Shown one piece after another: positions 39,317 through 50,546 of a stretch of DNA of 64,000 bases. How positions within the stretch are numbered: the first letter of the stretch is position 1; every line of letters starts with the position of its first letter. Source of the stretch: Phoronis australis (taxonomy: Eukaryota; Animalia; Phoronida); the NCBI GenBank assembly GCA_002633005.1, contig NMRA01000383.1, positions 136,951 to 200,950 on the forward strand. Direction: 5' to 3'. The notes beneath the pieces are model-generated. The model was not told the origin of the DNA. It saw nothing but the letters and a program-made list of their open reading frames with translations, and ran no database searches. A program made the position numbers and the translations under genes.

Positions 39317-39462
39317 CAGTTTCTATTTTATGTCCAAAGAAAGAAGCATTAGTCCCCAGTCTCTTCAGCTCTGCCAGGGCTGCCAGATTGCTACTGATGG
39401 AGTCAGGTTTACTGTAGGCCCAGGTATGACCCTTCAGCTTGTGAAAATCAGAATAAACGTCC
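39317..39462 (-). CDS. PhnD-like protein, coding exon 3: (K)DVYSDFHKLKGHTWAYSKPDSISSNLAALAELKRLGTNASFFGHKIET
   Basis: Acceptor TTTCAG|, donor CTG|GTTAGT, 146 bp, phase 2/1; LKG..WAY...DS.S motif. Confidence 0.85.
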
Positions 39463-40439
39463 CTGAAACATTGAAAGCACAACAAATTACGTGACATTAC
39501 TGATGCCTAAAAGTTTTGTTTCCAAATTCCTTTTGAAGGAAGTAGATGAGAGGCTAAACAATGAGGTCAGCAGAAGTAGTTCCAAAACTTTGTTTCTCGA
39601 TTTACAAATTCAGTTTATTCTGAAGTTTGATGGCAAAAACTTTTGTCACAATCACTAATTCAGCTTTTAAAGGTAATGTGTGCTTCATGTGATTTTCTGC
39701 AGAGCTTATATCTCTACATACAAACCACGAGCTTTGATGGACTGAACAATGTGTTTATTGATTTTTACCTCAACATTTAATCTATTTCAGAAAGGATTCT
39801 GCGTCATGCCAAGTTTGATATTAATATAAAATTCAATAATTAATGATAAAGTCGGCAGTATTACAACAAATGCAAGCCCTAACCAAGAAACACAATTCCA
39901 CAGTATCGGACATTTTTCCCCATGTAAACGTTAGCCCTTACGGCAAGTTGCACGAAAATCATCATATAATCAATGGTTTCACAGTCTCTATTGAAATGTC
40001 GACACACAAGCAACTTCTTTGATATTGGCAAGAGATTGCATCTTCTGCCCAAAATAATGGTTTAGGGCCACTACCATTGAAATGACTGCTTGCACTGATT
40101 TCGGGGCTTGGGAAAAAGACTGTTCATTACTACATGATACCAGACTCATCAAGTTGGTTTGAACCGGTAAGTCATTGTAAGTGCCCAAAACACTGTAGTT
40201 CTCAACGGCACCTTTCAAGCTCCACCATTATCGTTCCTCCCACCTCAGCAACCTCCTCAGTGAGATGTCATTTTGGAAAGTCCGCACCCAACCTCCCTAA
40301 CTATGCCAATACCTGTTCCTATGTCACAGTGTCAACAATAATACGAAATCCTTGTTCAAACTCAAGGTTTTAAGAATCTCAATACCTAAAACACAAAAAC
40401 AAGAATAAATATATAAATACGTTGTTCTGTAACACTCAC

Positions 40440-40581
40440 TTTTTTGAGCTATTAATAATGACATCAGCATAGTAGACAGGTCGTCCCTGACTCAGCGGGT
40501 GATGATGCACAGCTCCAACAGGTAACAGACTGAAAGACTTGTTGTCTTGGCATCTCACAAAAGCAGAACTACACATGAAAC
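40440..40581 (-). CDS. PhnD-like protein, coding exon 2: (G)FMCSSAFVRCQDNKSFSLLPVGAVHHHPLSQGRPVYYADVIINSSK
   Basis: Acceptor TTGCAG|, donor AA|GTGAGT, 142 bp, phase 1/2; GRPVYYxDVII motif; absent from the ORF track. Confidence 0.85.
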
Positions 40582-40699
40582 CTGCAATAGAGCATTGACT
40601 CATTAAAGTGCGACTAGCATCAGACAGAACACTGTAAAAATCTGCTACAAACGTTTACCACCAGTTAGTTAGTCGGGGCTTATACACCAGCCAACTTTA

Positions 40700-41775
40700 A
40701 CATACCAGAGACATTCATACGTGTATGACAGTATTTTATGACTTTATACCGATCTGAAGCATAACAGACATTCATAAGTATGCGACACTATTTTATGTAT
40801 GGATCTGAAGCATAACAGATATTCATGAATGTGTGACACTATTTCATGTATGGATCTGAAGCATAACAGACATTCATAAGTGTTTGATACTATTTTATGT
40901 ATGGATCTGAAGCATAACAGACATTCATAAGTGTTTGATACTATTTTTGCATGGATCTGAAGCATAACAGACATTCATAAGTGTTTGATACTATTTTTGC
41001 ATGGATCTGAAGCATAACAGACATTCATAAGTGTTTGATACTATTTTTGCATGGATCTGAAGCATAACAGACATTCATAAGTGTTTGATACTATTTTTGC
41101 ATGGATCTGAAGCATAACAGACATTCATAAGTGTTTGATACTATTTTTGCATGGATCTGAAGCATAACAGACATTCATAAGTGTTTGATACTATTTTTGC
41201 ATGGATCTGAAGCATAACAGACATTCATAAGTGTTTGATACTATTTTTGCATGGATCTGAAGCATAACAGACATTCATAAGTGTTTGATACTATTTTTGC
41301 ATGGATCTGAAGCATAACAGACATTCATAAGTGTTTGATACTATTTTTGCATGGATCTGAAGCATAACAGATATTCATGAATGTGTGACACTATTTCATG
41401 TATGGATCTGAAGCATAACAGACATTCAAAAGTGTTTGATACTATTTTATGTATGGATCTGAAGCATAACAGACATTCATAAGTGTTTGACAGTATTTTA
41501 TGTATGGATCTGAAGCATAACAGACATCCATAAGTGTTTGACAGTATTTTATTATTATTTCTGTTTTTGTTGATAAAGGAAGTTGTTACCTCCGAAAATT
41601 TCAAATTTCAGTTGATCCATTCTTGTTGTTTTATTTACCGATTTATACAGTATTTTATGTATGGATCTGAAGCATAACAGACATCCGTAAGTGTTTGACA
41701 GTATTTTATGTATGGATCTGAAGCATAACAGACATCCATAAGTGTGTGACACTATTTTATGTGTCCATCTGAAGC
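40700..41775. repeat. 50-bp minisatellite, ~19 copies, interrupted by a 94-bp insertion, in an intron of the PhnD-like gene
   Basis: ATGGATCTGAAGCATAACAGACATTCATAAGTGTTTGATACTATTTTTGC at 40951, 41001, 41051 and so on. Confidence 0.95.
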
Positions 41776-42428
41776 ACTACATGCTTTTAATAAGAAGACA
41801 GTAAACAAATTTCCAAGTTTAGATGTCACTGAAGCAAGCATGCCAAAATCTAGGACTCAGGATTCTAACCAAAATAAATTCAAGGAAGTGCTATATGCTG
41901 CCCACTCTTCGTACCACTGGTTCATAAATAACTTTTTGAAAATCTACGCTGTGGCCTGCCTTTCAGGACACATTTGCCCAATAAAAATGCCCACGTTGAT
42001 ACAACAGCCTATAACATTGGTTGTTTCTAATGTTTTTCCAGGAAAGGCAATGCACTAAAATTGAATTCAGCAGTTCTGGCATAAAAGAGTAAATATTCAC
42101 CATGCTGAATCCTTACACAGCAAAGAGAATTGAGTAGTCAGAGAAATTTACGGACATTCAAAATTGTTCTCTGGCCACCCATAGCACACCTGCGCTTTGA
42201 AATTTATATTGAGATTAAAAAACAGTGGCAGATTTTGAGGGGGCCAAGGAGGCCATGCACCCACCCCCCACCCCATTTCTCCCAGATTACATTGGGCACT
42301 TCGGGGGTGCGAATGTCTGACGAGCAAAATCCTGGCTAGTACTCTGCCCTGCCCCCCCCCCCCAACTCAAAATCCTGGATCCACCCTTGCAAAGTTAATG
42401 CAAGAACATCCCTTTACAAGTTTCATAC

Positions 42429-42621
42429 CTATATCAGCAAGTCCAGAAGCAAATACGTCTGAACGCGGTTGATCAGGTGGGCCATTCCATCGTGAATCAA
42501 TCATAAGAAACGCCTCAACATTGAACACCTCTTCCAAGTAGTCTCTGTAGATTTCAAACAGTTCAACAGGTAAGTCTCGCGTCAGGTAAGATATCAGCTT
42601 AAGGGTTTTGACGTTAGACAT
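42429..42621 (-). CDS. PhnD-like protein, coding exon 1: MSNVKTLKLISYLTRDLPVELFEIYRDYLEEVFNVEAFLMIDSRWNGPPDQPRSDVFASGLADI
   Basis: Acceptor TTTCTTTGTTTCAG| (exon starts 42635, so an upstream exon exists), ATG 42621, donor TAG|GTATGA. The five exons sum to 843 nt = 280 aa + stop in one frame. Confidence 0.85.
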
Positions 42622-43482
42622 ATTGAAGTCTTGGCCTGAAACAAAGAAATTAAATGTTATAAAAGCTTTATTTTCAATATTAATTTCCAACACCATCCGC
42701 AACTGAATGCCTAAAAATTAGCATTTGCTTCAGTATAGCTGATATAAGTCATAACTACAAAAAAACTTTTAATATCGATGTCCAAAATTACTAAGCCACA
42801 ACCACAGGAGCAAAAGATGACAAATATAAATACTTGGCATTCAACAAATGAACAAAGACTGAATATTACTCAATATTTACCAACTCAATGCAATATATTT
42901 GGACATTTTCATATTCTTTGTCACAGTAAAATAATTGAACAATGAAAATTTCAAATTGATTAACTGAAAATTGGCATGGAGACACTAACTGGGATATTAT
43001 ACTCCACACGCCACATGTATAAGTCACCTCTCTTGATCACACAATTTTTAAATCTGAAAGTGATTCTTGGAATAAAAATCTTTGAGACGTGAAAACCGTT
43101 ATCAACTGGTGATGTGTTTCTCAGAATAATTCGACATTAAAAACAAGTTAATCTGATGCTCAACTTGTATCAAACCTAAATATTAATAAACAACACATTT
43201 ATAGACAAAATAATTAAAGTGAGAAATCTAAAATACAAAGTTTATGATCAGGCAAGATTACACTGAACAGTTAGTAGTGAATTTTGAAATGAAAATACAA
43301 GGTTAGAGATGAAAATCCAACTTCAAAAACCTTAATTTCCTTGAAATGAGAATTTCCTAATCCAACAGTAAATTCGTTACCAACTGCTGACATAATTCTG
43401 ACATGATAAACAAAAATTTCAAAAAAATTCAGCATATGATGTACACATATATCTGTGTACCAAAAAGAGTTTGAAGGTTTAA

Positions 43483-43764
43483 AGGAATACCAATCCGGCT
43501 ATGGCCTCTTAATAGATACCAAAAAGCGGCTTTCCACATCATGTTCTCTGAAACAAAATAATGCTCCGTAACCCTCGACAACCATCAAAAGTTTGAAAAT
43601 TTATTACAAAGTCTGCTAAAAAAAACAGACGAGCGTGACCGACGTTTTAGGAGAGTTACACGTGTGACAGCCCACCCACCAAGAACGATAATATCGAATC
43701 GTTGACACAGACAGTATCTGTTTTCAGTTGAATCCTGCTCACTAAAACAGCGCTTAGTGCTCCT
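43483..43764. mobile_element. Possible Kolobok-type non-autonomous element
   Basis: TTAA|AGGAATAC ... GTGCTCCT|TTAA: TTAA duplication with short imperfect TIRs. Confidence 0.4.
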
Positions 43765-44794
43765 TTAAATGGTTGTACCCATGGACATGGGTCTATACCT
43801 TTCACAATTTTGAATGTGTCCACACCAATTTAGAAATTACACAAAATTTTCTTATTTTGGTTTTGGTTTGCCATATTGCTTATCAAATTACCCTACGCTA
43901 GGCGTCCTAAAAATTTGGTCAAACAGTAATAATACTAACTGCCATCATATGTACTGGCTGCCACAACACATAAACCATCCACAAAGCGGGGGTGCTGACT
44001 AGCATCAGAGCCTCAGCAACACCAGTACCATTCTGGAACTTGTCCTCAGTCATATTTCGCAAAGCGTCCTGTAATTTGTTGTCACCAACAATCTCATTAT
44101 GTTCTTGGCCGTCCTTCAAACAAGCCAGGTGTCCAAACCATTCGACCAAAGAGCAATTGCCCATAGGGGCCTTTTGTACTACACTCACTGCAGATTCACC
44201 ACACTCTTCCCATCTAATGATTAGGGGTAAAGCCGCCTGGAACTCAGCGTCCTCTACATCTGCCTTCTCCTTGGCAATTATGGCAATATTGAAAACAGGA
44301 GGCTGTGTGGTCCTTTTCTGCTGTTGTGAGAACGTACCCTTGTTTGGTGTCAATGAAGTGAAAAATCATCAAGTCCAAGTTTAAAACACAATACCTATTG
44401 CTTCATGAATGCCAGGTGTCCTAACCAGTTGACCTATTTACCGTTAGCGAGTGATTAAAAGAGGCCATTACACAGGGATATTCCTGACCATGTTTGAACC
44501 TGTGTCCTTTGGGCACACCTGATGATAAAAGGTATGCTTTTTTCAAAAACGTTGTGCCCAACAGACTTAGTGTAATTAAAGTGGTAACATAACAGAAATC
44601 CCAACAGCAATCAAAATAACAACAGAGTCATGTTAACCGGACTGACTTAAGTTGACTAGAATATTGTGTTTTTGGAAAAGTGTTGCATTTTAAAAGGTGC
44701 AATGTACTTGCACCTTTTCATTTTTATGCCCTGAAATGGCACAAAGGTGCAGTCCAGGAATATCCAGGATTATATTAGTACACTCACAGCAGAT

Positions 44795-45622
44795 TTGCTG
44801 TACGTGAACTTGGAATCCTGCTTAATCGCAAGATTAATCGGAAGTGAGTGTTGCCCAAACTTGGAATACGCAAGGCAACTTGACAAGTTTACTTAAACAA
44901 TCACGTTCATGTTCTTAAAAATTTGCATGCGCACTAAATCAAGTTACATTTGAATAAAATAATGTCAATGTTAACCAACCTTTTCAACTACGGGTGATCA
45001 GTTTCACCAAACAATAATCGATTTAGCCATTCACATATAACTCTTGTTCACCAACTTAAGTTACAGTAAAGGAGAAAATGGTTGATAGTGAGGCCAATAA
45101 TTACAAAAATTCTTTTCACCGAACAAAAAATTCACCTTTTTGCCTTAAAGTTCACGCACAGCAGATTCGTTGCAGTGCATGAACTTGGAATCCTGCTTAA
45201 TTTCAAGATCGAGTACATATGCGTGAACTTCGAATTGAATATTCATTTGAGGAATTGGCGGGGTAAAAACTTTTGTTCAGCCTAAAGAATTTAGTAATTA
45301 TTGGCCTCATTATTAGCCATTTTCTCCATTGGCGTAACTTGTGCCAAAGAATCAGAGGAGTATGTAAATGGTTAAATCAATTACTGTTCGGTGAATAAGA
45401 TTGCCAGTACAGTAGTTGAAAAAAATTGGCTAAAATCTAGTTATTTTATTTTAAATAATAAACATGTAATTTGATATAGTGCATGACAAATTTTTATCAA
45501 AGAGAACGTGATTATTTCAGTGAACTTGTCAAATTTCCTCGTGTGTTCCAAGTTCATGCATACGCGATCTTGAGATTAAGGAAGCATGATTCCAATCCTA
45601 AGGCTAAGTTCACGAACAGCAA
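44795..45622. repeat. ~830-bp degenerate palindrome (foldback-like)
   Basis: Arms ~44795-45135 and ~45265-45622 are reverse-complementary, e.g. GGAGAAAATGGTTGATAGTGAGGCCAATAATTAC vs GTAATTATTGGCCTCATTATTAGCCATTTTCTCC. Confidence 0.85.
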
Positions 45623-45819
45623 CATAACGCATGACACGGCCACAGCAGTATGCCCTGCCCCTGGCCCTGTCATGAGACTTAACAGATTTAGTTTTGAGTG
45701 CTTTACAAATCAATGTACCAAGTTTCTGTGTATCTACCAACCTGTGTGTATGGCACCAACGCCCCTGGTCTTACCACCTGTTGCAAGGACACTTGACAAA
45801 AAGGAATGACTTTGACTGA

Positions 45820-46133
45820 GATCATCCGGACGTCAGCTGGACAATTTTCTGTAATATTGTCAAAAATGGGTCATGCGAGCCTGTTGGAAGTAATTAGGTA
45901 GGCCCTATGCACCTTATTTTTATGAAGTAGTCTCAAATCGGATTCAGATTTTAATCGTTATAATTTTTATGAAGGTGTTATTTTTAATATTAAGTTTGCG
46001 AAGTTGTAAGATCTTCCGTATAAAGATATTCGTAAGATACATACATGTCTATTTCTATTTCCGGCGTTTCCCGGAAGAAATCGAGAAACTTGCGAGGAAG
46101 CTTCTCTCTCCTCCTCCCGAGTCAGTGGAAGCT
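45820..46133. promoter_or_regulatory. Probable MUL1 promoter/5' UTR, possibly bidirectional
   Basis: Immediately upstream of the MUL1 ATG; ETS-type CCGGAAG (46071) and TTCCGG, CRE-like GACGTCA (~45829), locally CpG-richer. Confidence 0.4.
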
Positions 46134-46238
46134 ATGGGATTGCCTTTAGATTTAATATTTTTGGGTATTGATACGGGATTGACATTACTGTTTTACAAGC
46201 TGTATCGCAGTAGTTGTTCAAATGCGGAACTTGTTGAG
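46134..46238 (+). CDS. MUL1: Mitochondrial E3 ubiquitin/SUMO ligase MUL1, exon 1 (N-terminal TM segment)
   Basis: MGLPLDLIFLGIDTGLTLLFYKLYRSSCSNAELVE, donor GAG|GTATTC, phase 0. Confidence 0.8.
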
Positions 46239-46384
46239 GTATTCGTGCATCGTCTTGTCTCTTTTAGCAATAGCACTCAGTCTCTCGACTCTACTACTAG
46301 TTTAAAACTCTAAACTTGTCTCTATTGACTATTGATTTCTGTGATGCCGTCCATAGTCTAGTCGTCTGACTCAGCATGACGACT

Positions 46385-46456
46385 GTAGTAATAGCCGAGA
46401 TTACCCTACCTGGGAATCGAACCAGCAACATCTATAAGCGTGCTAACCATTCAATA
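46385..46456 (-). mobile_element. tRNA-derived SINE head fragment
   Basis: Minus strand has A-box-like TGGTTAGCACGC and B-box GGTTCGATTCCCAGG; no full cloverleaf. Confidence 0.35.
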
Positions 46457-46478
46457 GGTAGGGAAGCACGTCTATAAC

Positions 46479-47410
46479 TAGGCAATGACCATCGCCTCTG
46501 TTGGCCCGAAGCAGAGGCGATGTAGAGGCTATAGGCGCTCTGTACGCCGGAAGCTTTTCGGCGAATTATGCCTCGCACCGACTAAACCATCAAAGTCACG
46601 TTGTTATAAATACCTTTTGCGCATAGAGGAACACCTTAGGAGGTTGTCGATGTGTTTAAGTTCTTCCAACTCGAACAAATACTCCCGTTATGAAACTTTT
46701 TCTTCGATCAGTCCCTATTTCAGTTCCCAAAATCGTGAAATCAAAATTTTTGTACTGCGCACGCTCCAATTTTTACCGCGCTCGCTAGGTGATGTGACTT
46801 CATAACCTCAATAATTTTTAAATAGGCCAAAGGTGAGCCATTGCGGTCTTGTCAGTCAAATGTTCGTTTCCAAAATGCCACCACTTATACTTGTCTTTAA
46901 TTGGCGTTACTTGAAACTGTTTGTATTTCAATGAATTATTGTTTGTATTTGATAAAAATAAATGCTGTTGATATGACATTTAATAGTCTTTGTGCACATA
47001 TTTGACATTTTAATGTTTAACAACACGGCAAATGCACGGCTGGTTCCCGGCAGCACGTACGCAAAGGGCGGGAACTTCAGCTTTCAAAGTTCGCCGGTAG
47101 GATCGCAACTTCTGACCTTCGGCCTGGTTAAAAAAATGAAAATTTTGATTTCACGATTTTGGGAACTGAAATACGGACTGCTCGAAGAAAAAGTTTTATA
47201 ACGGGAGTATTTGTTCGATTTGGAAGAACTTAAACACATCGACAACCTCCTAAGGTGTTCCTCTATGCGCAAAAGGTATTTATAACAACGTGACTTTGAT
47301 GGTTTAGTCGGTGCGAGGCATAATTCGCCGAAAAGCTTCCGGCGTACATAGCGCTTATAGCCTCTACATCGCCTCTGCTTCGGGCCAACAGAGGCGATGG
47401 TCATTGCCTA
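46479..47410. mobile_element. Mutator-like (MULE) non-autonomous element in MUL1 intron 1
   Basis: ~270-bp nearly identical TIRs (46479-46750 / 47139-47410) and 9-bp TSD GTCTATAAC (46470-46478, 47411-47419). Confidence 0.85.
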
Positions 47411-48063
47411 GTCTATAACTAGACTAGAAAACCTGTCCACGACCGGGTAGGCTATGTCCTATGATCATTCTGTCAACAAGACTTAGCGTCATTACAGTCA
47501 GTGTGCTCGTAGTTGAACGGAAACGTAGAGAGTTTTATGGAAGATCATTTGTATGCCAGGCTGCCAGCCATACCAAGAGGCAGCATTGAGCACAAGTGGA
47601 TTTATCAGTTGTGTTGGCTTTCATCGTCATGAAATAGAGCGTCACCTATTGGCCAGCTTCTAGTTTAGACTATTTTTCAATTAACTGTTCTTCTGGCACA
47701 AGGTTACATACAAATCACAACAAATTAAATTTTTAAGTAATGTATTACCAACAAACCATTGAATTTCTGGGCAAAAAGTTGCCATCATGTCACATAAAAT
47801 TAGAAACTGGCATGTGTGTGTCACTGGTGTTTTGTTTTCAAGTCGAAAGGGCTTTTCTCCCTTCCAAAAGTCTTTTTGGATGTTGATAACCTCGTCTTTG
47901 AATTTAGAAACTTCAGATTTCGTGCAGCTCTCAAGTTCGGTATTGTAGTCGTACCATGTACCAAAGTCATGGAGGCTGTCTGATCATAAGATTATGATAG
48001 AAAATTTGCAAATACGACTTTGGTATCAACTTTTCAAGTAAACTTTCCATGTCCTCGTTGTAG

Positions 48064-48263
48064 AAAGCAGAGTTAGTGGATCTGACGCCAGACCTGGCTC
48101 AAATGTTGGAAGAAATACCGGATAGAACTTTGGCTTATGCATGTGTCAGCGGTGTGGTGGAGCCTGTGAACAAGGCGTTACACAGCTTCTACACAGAAGA
48201 CACTGGAGTGGCACACAACATTATTTTCAAAGAACACAAGACGAAAAGAACTCAAGGATTCTG
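48064..48263 (+). CDS. MUL1: MUL1 exon 2 (start of GIDE domain)
   Basis: KAELVDLTPDL...LAYACVSGVVEP...KEHKTKRTQGFW; acceptor TTGTAG|, donor TG|GTATCT, phase 0/2. Confidence 0.85.
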
Positions 48264-50546
48264 GTATCTACTGTTATTTAGCAGCTTTCACCCGTCTTCC
48301 GTCATATTTAGACCACTTACTGTTATGAAACTTGTCTCAAACTGTTCCTTAGTTAAATTGGACATGGGGATTAGGACATGGGTTAGGGATGCGAAAGAAG
48401 TGACAGTTATTATTGCTTGAGGCTAGTTGGCTTGCCACGCCATTTTGTCCGCCAAGCATGGTTCCAGCAAATAACAAATTGTCAGTTCTTTACAAAATCA
48501 TAATCTTGTCATTTTGAGTAAGAAAAAAGTTGAGATAGATTTAATTGGGTCAAGTGATCTAAGTGACAAGTTCACTTCTTGGCCGGATCACAGATGTAGA
48601 GCCTCTTTAGCTGTAATTAACATAGAGTTATATACCTAGGAACAAAACTAAGTGATAAAATAGGACCCACAAAACTGCTTACTCTCAAACCCACCACTCA
48701 GCACGTAAGAGCCAGTTTAACGTGTTAAAAATATTGCTTGAGTATTTATTGCATGTGGACATAGTAGAAATTTGAAGACTTGGATTGTTTCGATTTAAGA
48801 TTTGCCTTATTTCAGAATTTGAATTATTTCTTCTGCAAGGGACTGGAACAATTATGGGGCTGTACCCCTAAATTCCAGCTATGATTTCCTAAACTCTAGT
48901 CCTAGACTGGCGAACACCAAAATCTCAGTACAAATTTCATACCCGTCCCCCTAAATTTAACACACCTGCTGTTTAACATGCCATTCCCAGTGTCCAAACT
49001 CCACCCCTGGGTACCAGATTCTTCACTTGCATCAACTGATCCACTAGTCCACAGATCCAGGGTTTGGTCAATGCATATGAACTATTATCGGCGTGTCTGC
49101 GTATTCATCTAAAAAGTTCAAAGTACATCTATTAAGTGAGTATTCTCACCCATTCATAATTATGACACTGGCATCTGAGCATATTGCAAGATTTTAATTC
49201 GATGAGTGTTATTGATTTCGATACTTTTGATATCGCTGTTAAATCTACTCACCAATCTCAGTATTTGTACTCTAAGTAAAAATAAACGTGGGGCCACATA
49301 TTCTTCTTGCTTACAACCCCTAGAGTTCTTGAAAGACTTTCAGCTCATGTTATTGCATGTGTTATTTCTCCTAACTATCTTCTCTTCTAAACCGTCTATC
49401 TTAAAATCTCTAGAAATCTTTAACTGGTATGGAATACTGACCAAAAAATTCTTGTAAATATACATGTTGCAGTTTGTCATCACGAGAGTAATGACTGTGA
49501 AAGAATAAGTTTCATTGAAAGTGGCCTCTTGAGAACAAATCTTTTTATTTTTACTGTCATTTAGTTTAGTACCTGTCATTTCTGTATAATTTCTTTTTTC
49601 AGGTCATATAGAAGTATTCTGTAGACTATTCACGATCTTAAATCCACTTTACATTAGATTTTAGGATATCAATCCCTAAATGTTTTTTTTTTTTCAATTC
49701 TTCCAGTTCCTGTTTAATAGCATTCATTTAAAGGTTTTTTTTAAATTTGCATCAAGAGAGAGAATTTCATTTATGGTTTTTATTTCGGTTTGTAAATAAG
49801 CCAATCTCTCTAACCCGTGCTTCTCTTTGCAGACACTTTGTGGGATTGTCATATTTCAAAAAATAATTTTTCATTTATATTAAGTTCTAAAGTATTTGAA
49901 GAAATATTTGATATTTTGTCTTGATATAGAAAAACAGCATACTTACTTTTCGTGTAATGAATAACATCTGTCATCTTTAAAAGTGTACTATTGAAGTACC
50001 AAAAACTTCAAACTTTTGTAAAACTTGAGAAATCAAAAAAATACTATAATGATCCATTCTATAGCATGGAAAAACTTCAATTTTTTCAGCGCATGACAGT
50101 AACTCTTTACTAATTAGACAAAAATGAAGTCATTTTTAACCCATTTTTTCATCCAAGTATTCTCATTCACAATGAATTACATGTTCTCCAGAGACCATCT
50201 TTTATTATTATTATTTGTTGTATAATAACAATCTGACTCGATATCATGGACTAAATTCCAGTCTTCACACAGAACAGAAAAATCAGAATTTAATTCATAA
50301 TAGAGTAGATTTTGAATTCTTATAGAAATCTTGGCTATCTGTGTTGGGGATGTAAACATTAACAATAGAGATTGCGGTTCATGTTTCAACAAGTATCTCC
50401 AATATAAGGTAGTTTCCATCCTGATCACGTATATCTCATTTAACATTGTGCTCAAAATTATTACAATCTACACATCATGAAAATAACAAGTGTTGTTTCA
50501 CTGATTGGTATGCATTATTTCATTTCAAGTTTGTTCTTGTTTCTAG

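Noticed and set aside
40700-41775. CRISPR-like appearance of regular arrays here and at 14341, 27003 and 31803
   Set aside because: Units are contiguous tandem copies with no unique spacers, there are no cas genes, and the context is eukaryotic introns.
36020-42635. Bacterial contamination as the source of the PhnD-like sequence
   Set aside because: The coding sequence is split by four canonical spliceosomal introns containing host MITEs and minisatellites, and is flanked by animal genes.
46385-46456. tRNA gene
   Set aside because: Only A/B-box remnants; no acceptor stem or anticodon arm can be formed, so a SINE fragment is more likely.
46485-47404. Two near-identical 106-aa ORFs on opposite strands as a duplicated gene pair
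   Set aside because: They are the two TIRs of one element read inward; no recognisable protein features.
50446-50546. N-terminal 33 aa of the 278-aa ORF as part of MUL1
   Set aside because: Intronic read-through upstream of the acceptor at 50546; the true N-terminus comes from exons at 46134 and 48064.
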